DNA of 32,000 nucleotides from an uncultured bacterium (GTDB lineage Bacteria; Auribacterota; JACPWU01): NCBI GenBank assembly GCA_964640155.1, contig CAZXEQ010000002.1, positions 240,001 to 272,000 of the forward strand, read 5' to 3'. Shown piece by piece: positions 25,452 to 32,000 of this stretch (position 1 is its first letter; each line of letters starts with the position of its first letter). The notes under the pieces were generated by a model. It saw only the letters and a program-made list of their open reading frames with translations, ran no database searches and was not told where the DNA came from. The position numbers and the translations under genes were made by a program.

Positions 25452-25713
25452 AAACACTCGAGGATGACTGCCATTGCAGTCATTTTCATGATTGCTTTTC
25501 TTCTTACTGATTTTATCCTCGAAATATGAGTTTCAATCACTCAATTTTCAAGGATAGATTTATGCTAGTTTATGTTTAGAAAAAGAAGAAGTTAAAAATC
25601 TGCTTTCTTAAAATAGGCTACCGGATCATATTCATTATGTGTTATAGTTAACTTAGTCGTTTGCAATGCTTTGGACTCATTTTTGGGGAAAATTGAGGTT
25701 TTAAGGCTAAAAC

Positions 25714-27420
25714 ATGTTTAAAAACGATTCCCATGTTTTGAACCTTCTTTCAAAAGAAGGTTTACTCAGCGAAGACGTCGTCCAAAAGGGCGAAGAGCTC
25801 TCCAAAGTGACGAAAAAACCTCTTCTTGATGCACTTTGCGAGCTAAAGGCCATCGATAGAAAAAAAATCCTTGAACTCATTGCCAGAGATTTTGAAATTG
25901 AAACCATCGATTTGCAAGAAGGCACTTTACCCATCTCCAAGGAAGTTGTTGGACTGCTTGATTTTGCAACTGCAAGAAGGTATAGAGCACTTCCTCTTGA
26001 AGAAAATTCCTATATCAAAATTGCAGTCGCTGATCCCTTTGACATTGAAGGACTCGACAATCTTCAATATTTCTTAAAAAAACCCATTGTCCCTTTCCTT
26101 GCAGACGCTGAAGATCTAGAAAAAGCTCTTACTAAATATTATGGCGTTGCTGAAGAAACGGTGGATGAAATGCTTCAACAAATGACCGATTCCGATGTGG
26201 CCTTTTTTGAAAAAGAATTAGCACCGGGAGAAGATGGGAACGAAGATCCAGAAGCTCCTATTATCAAACTTGTCAGTTTGCTCATTTTAGAAGCTTTTAA
26301 AAATAGAGCTAGCGATATTCATCTGGAACCTTTGGAAAAAAGATTTCGCGTCCGTTACCGCATTGATGGCGTTCTTCAAGAAGTACAGGGTCCACCCAAA
26401 CGACTTCAACCTTCGGTTATTTCTCGTATTAAAATCATGGCGAATATGAGCATTGCCGAAAAAAGATTGCCTCAGGATGGTCGTATTAAAATAACTCTTA
26501 TCAATAAAGATATCGATTTACGTGTTTCTTCCATTCCTAGCAGTCACGGGGAAAGCATCGTGATGAGACTTTTAGACAAAACTAATCTCCTTTTGGGTTT
26601 AGGGCAACTGGGATTTCTCTCAGAAGATCAAAAAAGATTTGAATCTCTTATTCGTAAACCTAATGGTATTCTTCTGATCACAGGACCTACGGGGAGTGGG
26701 AAAACTACAACTCTTTATGGATGTTTGAATTATTTAAATCGTCCGGATCGAAAAATTATTACTGTAGAAGACCCTGTAGAATATGTTTTAGCAGGCATCA
26801 ATCAAGTGCAAGTCAATGAAACCATAGGCTTAAGTTTTGCCAATGTGCTTCGATCTATTTTAAGGCAAGCTCCCAACATCATCATGATCGGAGAAATTCG
26901 TGATCATGAGACCGCAGAAATTGCTGTTCATGCAGCATTAACTGGCCATTTGGTGTTTAGCACACTTCATACCAATGATGCCTCTGGAGCCATTACGCGT
27001 CTCATCGACCAAGGTGTCAAACCTTTCTTGGTGGCTTCCAGTATTATTGGAATTCTGGCCCAACGCTTGGTTCGAACACTTTGTTCAAAATGTAAAGAAC
27101 CCTATCACCCTTTAGATGCTGAGCTAAAACTCCTTAAATTACCTGAAGATAAACTGAAAAATCTGACTTTTTACAAAGGCAAGGGATGTGATAATTGCAG
27201 TAAAACAGGATATCACGGCCGTTTGGGCATTATGGAATTTCTAGTCGTAGATGAGAGCATTCGTAAACTGATTTATCAAAAAAGCTCTAGCACGATGATT
27301 CGAAAAAGAGCCCGTGAAATTGGAATGACAACCCTCAGAGAAGATGGCATACGAAAAGCCATGAATGGGATCACAACTTTAGAAGAAGTTTATCGTATTA
27401 CTGTCGAAGATGCGGATTAA
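25714..27420 (+). CDS. pilB: Type IV pilus assembly / T2SS-type secretion ATPase (PilB/GspE family), paralog 1
   Basis: 568-aa ORF in the track. Motifs: Walker [11 protein letters not shown] (26683-26712), Asp box IIMIGEIRD, His box TGHLVFSTLHTND and C-terminal tetracysteine CSKC ... CDNC. The N-terminal region is T2SSE_N-like. Confidence 0.9.
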   Translation: MFKNDSHVLNLLSKEGLLSEDVVQKGEELSKVTKKPLLDALCELKAIDRKKILELIARDFEIETIDLQEGTLPISKEVVGLLDFATARRYRALPLEENSYIKIAVADPFDIEGLDNLQYFLKKPIVPFLADAEDLEKALTKYYGVAEETVDEMLQQMTDSDVAFFEKELAPGEDGNEDPEAPIIKLVSLLILEAFKNRASDIHLEPLEKRFRVRYRIDGVLQEVQGPPKRLQPSVISRIKIMANMSIAEKRLPQDGRIKITLINKDIDLRVSSIPSSHGESIVMRLLDKTNLLLGLGQLGFLSEDQKRFESLIRKPNGILLITGPTGSGKTTTLYGCLNYLNRPDRKIITVEDPVEYVLAGINQVQVNETIGLSFANVLRSILRQAPNIIMIGEIRDHETAEIAVHAALTGHLVFSTLHTNDASGAITRLIDQGVKPFLVASSIIGILAQRLVRTLCSKCKEPYHPLDAELKLLKLPEDKLKNLTFYKGKGCDNCSKTGYHGRLGIMEFLVVDESIRKLIYQKSSSTMIRKRAREIGMTTLREDGIRKAMNGITTLEEVYRITVEDAD

Positions 27421-27423
27421 AAG

Positions 27424-27519
27424 CAGGGCATAGGGAATAGAGCATAGGGTTAAGGGTTGTGGAATTTTTATTAATTATTTTTACCTTATACTCTTATCCC
27501 TTCACCCTAACCCCTACAT
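27424..27519. repeat. G-tract / C-tract inverted-repeat element in the pilB-pilT spacer
   Basis: GGG tracts at 27426-28, 27433-35, 27447-49 and 27454-56. CCC(C) tracts at 27498-500, 27505-07 and 27511-14. agggttaagggt (27447-27457 region) is near-complementary to accctaacccct (27504-27515), and agggaatagag to ctcttatccct. An A/T-rich centre separates the arms. Confidence 0.5.
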
Positions 27520-27535
27520 TAAAGTGGAGGACTTT

Positions 27536-28618
27536 ATGGATATTAGCGAGCTTTTAGAGATCGTAGTGGATGAAAATGCATCTGATCTTCATTTGAATGT
27601 AGGTGCACCTCCCCATATTCGAAGAAACGGGAGTTTAGTCCCTCTTCAAATGGATCCTCTTCAGCCTGCAGACACTGAAAAACTCATTCGTGGTATTGCA
27701 TCTGACGAACATTTCGAAAAACTAAGGAAAATGGGAGGAACTGATTTTGGATTTGCATTTGGAGATAGGGCCCGTTTTCGTGTGAGTATTTTCAAGCAAA
27801 AAGGTTGTTTTGGGATGTGCCTACGCTTAATTCCTTCGAAAATTCTCTCTCTTGAAGATATTGGCTTTAATCCTATGATCAAAGAATTACTATACAAACC
27901 TCGCGGACTTATTTTAGTCACAGGCCCTACCGGATCAGGCAAAACAACCACATTAGCCTCTATGCTGGACATCATCAACACAGAACGCGATGTTCATATT
28001 CTCACGGTTGAAGATCCCATCGAGTATTATCATACTCATAAAAAAAGCATGGTCACGCAAAGAGAACTTGGCGTGGATGTTCCTAGTTTTGCAGAAGCCG
28101 TTATTCGTGGTTTACGTATGGACCCGGACGTGATTCTTGTGGGAGAAATGAGAGATTTGGCGACGATGGAAGCCGCGATTACAGCAGCTGAAACAGGACA
28201 TTTGGTTTTTGCAACCCTTCACACCACAGGAGCTGCTCGTACCGTCGACCGCATCATCGACGCTTTTCCTGTCAGCCAACAAGAACAAATTCGAGCTCAG
28301 CTTGCAACTTCGCTTCTAGCCGTTATCTCTCAACTTTTACTCCCCAAAACAAATGAGAGAGGACGTGTGGCTGCTTTTGAAATTATGGTTGTGACTCCTT
28401 CTATTCAAAATTTGATTCGAGAATGTAAAACTTATCGTATCACTTCCGACATTCAAACGGGCACCAAACATGGCATGGTCACTATGGATGCGCATTTAGC
28501 TGAGCTTTACAAAAAAGGCCAGATCAGCTACGACATGATGGTGTCTAAGGCTTATGACCTAGATCAAATTCGGGAAAAATTTCCTGATCAGAATATTGGA
28601 AGAGAGAAAAAGAAATAA
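27536..28618 (+). CDS. pilT: Type IV pilus retraction ATPase PilT
   Basis: Motifs: Walker [11 protein letters not shown] (27923-27952), Asp box VILVGEMRD, His box [11 protein letters not shown], and the PilT-type SIQNLIRE motif (28400-28423, the equivalent of AIRNLIRE). It lacks the long N-terminal domain of PilB. I prefer the ATG at 27536 (GGAGG at 27526-27530, 5-nt spacer; product starts [10 protein letters not shown]...) over the GTG at 27524 used in the track. Confidence 0.9.
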   Translation: MDISELLEIVVDENASDLHLNVGAPPHIRRNGSLVPLQMDPLQPADTEKLIRGIASDEHFEKLRKMGGTDFGFAFGDRARFRVSIFKQKGCFGMCLRLIPSKILSLEDIGFNPMIKELLYKPRGLILVTGPTGSGKTTTLASMLDIINTERDVHILTVEDPIEYYHTHKKSMVTQRELGVDVPSFAEAVIRGLRMDPDVILVGEMRDLATMEAAITAAETGHLVFATLHTTGAARTVDRIIDAFPVSQQEQIRAQLATSLLAVISQLLLPKTNERGRVAAFEIMVVTPSIQNLIRECKTYRITSDIQTGTKHGMVTMDAHLAELYKKGQISYDMMVSKAYDLDQIREKFPDQNIGREKKK

Positions 28619-28645
28619 TGAAGAAGATAATGTTGGAGATATTAT

Positions 28646-30352
28646 ATGGGTAAAGTAGCTCCTCATATTGATTATTTGGGATCTCTCATGTTGGAGGAGA
28701 AATTAATTACCAGGCAGCAATGGGATGAAACCATAGAAGAGCACTTGCGTACAGGAAAAGCACTGGGGCATGTCCTGGTTGACTTTGGCTTTATACAAGA
28801 AGAACAAATACTAAAAGTGCTCGCCCGTCATTTGGATATGGAAGTCATCAATCTAAAAGAATCCGAAATTTCTCCTGATGTGATCAAAGCCGTTACTCCA
28901 TCCACAGCCAAACTTTATGGCATCATGCCCTTTAAAGTCAAAGACGGTATCATGACCGTCGCAATAGCTGATCCCTTAAACCCCGATGTGATTGATGACC
29001 TTCGATTCTTATTGGGATGCGAAGTCAAAGGAGCCATCTGTCGAGAGAAAGATATTTTCGAAACCATTGAAAAATATTATGGCCAAAGCGATGAATCTGT
29101 CGAAGCCTTGCTTGGAGAGATTGCTGTGGATTTCTCCGCAGCCGACATGGAAGAGTCTCCAAATGTAGATGTTTCTGGGCTTCAAGAACTAGCACGTGAA
29201 GCTCCTGTCGTCAAATTGCTCAATCTCATTTTAATTCAAGCTATTAAGGATAGAGCCAGCGATGTTCATTTTGAGCCTTTCGAAAAAGAATTTAAAATCC
29301 GCTACCGTATTGATGGAGCTCTCTATGAAATGGTTCCACCCCCGAAGCATTTGGCCTTGGCCATCACCACACGTATTAAAGTCATGGCTGAAATGGATAT
29401 TGCAGAAAGAAGAAGACCTCAAGACGGGCGCATTCAACTGAACGTCTTGGGACGAAATGTGGATTTGCGTGTGTCGTGTTTGCCTACACAATTTGGCGAG
29501 AGCATTGTGATGCGTATTTTAGACAAAACGGTCGTTTCCTTGGATCTTACTCAAATTGGACTGGGAGCCGATCAACTTAAAATCATTGAAGAAGTCATTG
29601 AAAGACCCAATGGAATTTTTGTTTTGACAGGCCCCACAGGCTCGGGGAAAACAACCACACTTTACTCTTGTCTAAAAAGAATTAATAGCATCGATTCTAA
29701 AATCATCACCACTGAAGACCCCATCGAATATGAAATTGACGGCATTATGCAAATTGCTGTTCGCCCTGATATTGGCTTAACTTTTGCCAGATGCTTACGA
29801 AGCATTTTAAGACAAGATCCTGATAGCATCATGGTTGGAGAAATTCGAGACGTTGAAACAGCACAAATTGCAATTCAATCCTCTTTGACAGGACATTTGG
29901 TTCTATCAACGCTTCACACCAATGATGCAGCAGGAGCTATCACTCGCTTGATTGACATGGGGGTAGAACCTTTTTTAATTACATCCACTTTAGTCGCATC
30001 GGTTGCTCAGCGATTGGTTCGAACCATTTGTGTAAATTGCAAAGAGCCATTTGATCCCACAACAGAATTACTTGAAGAAGCAGGGCTTTCCTTAGATGAT
30101 GTAAAAGGAGTACAATTCTATCGCGGCAAGGGATGTGGAAAATGTAATAAAACAGGCTATAAAGGAAGAACCGCTGTTTTTGAATTTCTGGTAGTAACAG
30201 AACCTATTCGTGAACTTATTTTAGAAAAAGCGCCCACTGCTGTCATTGCTCAAAAAGCAAAAGAAGTCGGAATGAGAACGCTTCGAGCGGATGCTTTTCT
30301 CAAACTTTATGAAGGTCTTACTACTTTTGAAGAAGTGTTGAAAGAAACCTAA
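28646..30352 (+). CDS. pilB: Type IV pilus assembly / T2SS-type secretion ATPase (PilB/GspE family), paralog 2, with MshEN-like N-terminus
   Basis: 568-aa ORF in the track. Motifs: Walker [11 protein letters not shown] (29630-29659), Asp box SIMVGEIRD, His box TGHLVLSTLHTND and tetracysteine CVNC ... CGKC. The N-terminus reads YLGSLMLEEKLITRQQWDETIEEH - LRTGK - ALGHVLVDFGFIQEEQILKVLARH. Confidence 0.9.
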   Translation: MGKVAPHIDYLGSLMLEEKLITRQQWDETIEEHLRTGKALGHVLVDFGFIQEEQILKVLARHLDMEVINLKESEISPDVIKAVTPSTAKLYGIMPFKVKDGIMTVAIADPLNPDVIDDLRFLLGCEVKGAICREKDIFETIEKYYGQSDESVEALLGEIAVDFSAADMEESPNVDVSGLQELAREAPVVKLLNLILIQAIKDRASDVHFEPFEKEFKIRYRIDGALYEMVPPPKHLALAITTRIKVMAEMDIAERRRPQDGRIQLNVLGRNVDLRVSCLPTQFGESIVMRILDKTVVSLDLTQIGLGADQLKIIEEVIERPNGIFVLTGPTGSGKTTTLYSCLKRINSIDSKIITTEDPIEYEIDGIMQIAVRPDIGLTFARCLRSILRQDPDSIMVGEIRDVETAQIAIQSSLTGHLVLSTLHTNDAAGAITRLIDMGVEPFLITSTLVASVAQRLVRTICVNCKEPFDPTTELLEEAGLSLDDVKGVQFYRGKGCGKCNKTGYKGRTAVFEFLVVTEPIRELILEKAPTAVIAQKAKEVGMRTLRADAFLKLYEGLTTFEEVLKET

Positions 30353-30447
30353 AAGGCCGTCATGCGGAATGTGGGACGCGGCCTGCGTCAAAAACAAAAA
30401 CGAACAATATTCGCATTACGCACGACGCATAACGCATAGCGAGACTT

Positions 30448-31710
30448 ATGAAATTTGATTACATTGCAACGGATGCAAAAGGCAAAGAGACACGGGGTGT
30501 TGTTGATGCTGAAAACACCGTGACGGCGATTAATATTTTAAGAGGCCGTGGTCTTTTTCCAACCAGTGTGACTGAATCCTCCTCAGCTCAAAAATCTGCT
30601 GGCCAGGGAATGCTTTCTATTTCTCAAGGAGAAAAGAAAAAACTCAACTTTCTTACGAATCTTCTCAAACCGAAAACCATCAAACCCAAGGTATTAACAG
30701 TCTTTACCCGCCAATTAGCAGTATTGATCGATGCGGGTTTGCCCATTTTAAAAAGTCTTCACGTTTTAAAAGACCAAGAGAAAAACAAGCTTTTAAAAGA
30801 AACGATTCAATCTTTGGGAGATATAGTAGAATCAGGAAGCACTTTTTCTGAATCATTGGGACGATTCCCAAAAATTTTCGACAAGCTTTATGTGAGCATG
30901 GTTCGAGCCGGTGAAATGGGAGGCGTGCTTGATGAAGTTCTGAATCGTTTGTCCGAATTCATGGAAAAAGCTCAGCGCTTGAAAGCTCGCATCAAAGCAG
31001 CCATGGTTTATCCTACCCTCGTTCTAGTGTTTGCGATGGGCATTGTCACCTTTCTAGTGACAGTCATTGTCCCCAAGTTTGCAGAAATATTTCTTGAAAT
31101 GGACATTGATCTTCCTGGATTGACTGCAACCCTGATTGGAATCAGTAATTTCACGAAACGCCGATGGTATGTTTTCATTCTTATGTTTACTCTCATCGTC
31201 ACCGCTTATCGTACCATCAACAAAACACCCAAAGGAAAACTTAAACTGGATACTGCCAAACTTAAACTTCCTATCTTTGGTGATCTCATTCGAAAAGTAA
31301 GCATTGCTAGCTTTTCAAGAACACTTGGGACTTTGATTGCAAGCGGCGTTCCCATTCTAAAAGCATTGGCCATTGTCAGAGATACGATTAGTAATCAAGT
31401 GGTTGTAAACGCCATAACCCTTATTCATGACAGCATCCGAGAAGGGGAATCCATTGTGGGGCCTATGCGCGAAAGTGGAGTTTTTCCCCCCATGGTTGTG
31501 GGTATGGTAGATGTCGGAGAGCAAACCGGAAATTTAGCTGAAATGCTAACCAAAGTTGCAGACACTTATGATGAAGAAGTCGATGTCGCAGTTCAAGGAC
31601 TCACCGCTGTCTTGGAACCTTTGATGATCATTACCTTGGCCTTTATTGTTGGATTCATCGTCATTGCCATGTTCTTGCCATTAATCAAATTGATGCAGGG
31701 AATATCCTAA
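30448..31710 (+). CDS. pilC: Type IV pilus / T2SS inner-membrane platform protein (PilC/GspF family)
   Basis: 420-aa ORF. Two GspF-type repeats (FTRQLAVLIDAGLPILKSLHVL and FSRTLGTLIASGVPILKALAIV). Three hydrophobic segments (AAMVYPTLVLVFAMGIVTFLVTVIV, YVFILMFTLIVTAY, LEPLMIITLAFIVGFIVIAMFLPLI). Confidence 0.9.
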   Translation: MKFDYIATDAKGKETRGVVDAENTVTAINILRGRGLFPTSVTESSSAQKSAGQGMLSISQGEKKKLNFLTNLLKPKTIKPKVLTVFTRQLAVLIDAGLPILKSLHVLKDQEKNKLLKETIQSLGDIVESGSTFSESLGRFPKIFDKLYVSMVRAGEMGGVLDEVLNRLSEFMEKAQRLKARIKAAMVYPTLVLVFAMGIVTFLVTVIVPKFAEIFLEMDIDLPGLTATLIGISNFTKRRWYVFILMFTLIVTAYRTINKTPKGKLKLDTAKLKLPIFGDLIRKVSIASFSRTLGTLIASGVPILKALAIVRDTISNQVVVNAITLIHDSIREGESIVGPMRESGVFPPMVVGMVDVGEQTGNLAEMLTKVADTYDEEVDVAVQGLTAVLEPLMIITLAFIVGFIVIAMFLPLIKLMQGIS

Positions 31711-31803
31711 GCCCTCATGCGCACAACCCCAAAGAAAAAATTTTTCTTCAAGTTTTTACACAACACGCATAACACCTAACGTAATACGACCTTCCACGAA
31801 TCC

Positions 31804-31832
31804 TTGACACCCCCAGGCTCTCTCTATAGAAT
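31804..31832 (+). promoter_or_regulatory. Sigma70-type promoter upstream of rpmH
   Basis: TTGACA (31804-31809), 17-nt spacer, TAGAAT (31827-31832), about 60 nt upstream of the rpmH ATG. The core is flanked by a ccccc/ggggg inverted pair. Confidence 0.6.
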
Positions 31833-31894
31833 GGGGGACTTATTGTGAGAAAAAACGTCTCAAAGGAATAAAAAAGCTAAGGATTATATTCATT

Positions 31895-32000
31895 ATGAAA
31901 AGAACGTATCAGCCATCACGTATCAAAAAACTTAGAAAACATGGATTTCGAGCCAGATCAGCAAGCAAAGGTGGCCGAGCTGTTCTTAAGGCCCGTCGCC
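31895..32000 (+). CDS. rpmH: 50S ribosomal protein L34, 5' part (runs off the right edge)
   Basis: The ATG at 31895 gives [35 protein letters not shown], the canonical L34 N-terminus ([15 protein letters not shown]). AAGGA lies about 12 nt upstream. It is not in the track because there is no in-window stop. Confidence 0.9.
   Translation, partial: MKRTYQPSRIKKLRKHGFRARSASKGGRAVLKARR

Noticed and set aside
25463-25495. Plus-strand hairpin atgactgc-catt-gcagtcat followed by tttc, as a Rho-independent terminator or riboswitch expression platform for pilB
   Set aside because: Only three U residues follow the stem, and the adjacent structure reads better on the minus strand (G-U pairs, GAAA loop). 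I kept it as a possibility but did not call it.
25349-25540. 63-aa minus-strand ORF (GTG start) in the divergent intergenic region
   Set aside because: It has no Shine-Dalgarno sequence upstream and an unremarkable composition, and it overlaps the helices of the RNA-like structure. Most likely it is a chance ORF in A/T-rich spacer, though a leader peptide cannot be fully excluded.
25661-25690. Sigma54-like element tTGGACtcattTTTGGgg upstream of pilB1
   Set aside because: The GG-N10 spacing fits, but the essential -12 GC is GG, and the -24 region deviates from TGGCAC. This is too weak to call without an enhancer-binding protein or conservation.
27524-27535. GTG start at 27524 for pilT, as given in the track
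   Set aside because: The GGAGG at 27526-27530 would lie inside the ORF. The ATG at 27536 is correctly spaced from it and gives the canonical PilT N-terminus (MDISELL...).
25707-31202. Track ORFs 25707-25940(-), 25871-26077(+), 27661-27981(-), 29231-29491(-) and 31008-31202(-)
   Set aside because: They are embedded in, or antisense to, the well-supported pilB, pilT and pilC reading frames, so they are shadow ORFs.
31732-31748. Palindrome aagaaaaa-a-tttttctt after pilC as a terminator
   Set aside because: The stem is A/T only with no G-C pairs, so it is thermodynamically too weak to call. It may still contribute to transcript 3' ends.
1-32000. Mobile elements, CRISPR arrays, rRNA genes and prophage signatures
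   Set aside because: No transposase or integrase-like translation was seen, nor terminal inverted repeats, regularly spaced direct repeats or rRNA-like sequence. Non-coding DNA is limited to five short spacers.

Overview
The window has four parts.

(1) Giant minus-strand ORF, nt 1-25065. The ATG is the complement of 25063-25065, and the nearest in-frame upstream stop is at 25102-25104. No stop occurs before the left edge, so at least 8355 codons are visible (roughly 0.9 MDa, estimated from average residue mass) and the C-terminus lies outside the window. The supplied ORF track does not list it, apparently because the track only reports ORFs with an in-window stop; rpmH at the right edge is missing for the same reason. 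All short ORFs listed in 1-25100 are shadow frames of this gene.

My own translation shows an N-terminal signal or anchor sequence followed by an interleaved mosaic of paralogous modules and enzyme-like motifs:
- two protein-kinase-like domains, one preceded by an FHA-like segment
- three copies of a HEAIH (HExxH) module, one with the motif decayed
- three copies of an MKGL(P/T)AH module
- two to three copies of a HE[ILV][ST]E module
- a 930-bp tandem intragenic duplication
- a single HEIAH site
- an HD-type phosphohydrolase motif

It shows no NRPS/PKS, RTX, Rhs or Ig-type adhesin signatures.

(2) A 648-bp divergent intergenic region (25066-25713) with candidate promoters and an ~84-nt three-helix RNA-like structure. 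Its mismatches resolve to G-U pairs only on the minus strand.

(3) A plus-strand type IV pilus / T2SS-type motor cluster: pilB-like, pilT, a second pilB-like paralog, and pilC. No pilin, secretin or pilMNOP genes are in the window.

(4) A near-consensus sigma70 promoter and the first 35 codons of rpmH (L34).

The most interesting feature is the giant multi-enzyme ORF placed head-to-head with a pilus/secretion motor operon. GC looks close to 40% by eye (not computed). Taxon cannot be determined from the sequence alone. No tRNA, rRNA, CRISPR or transposase was seen.
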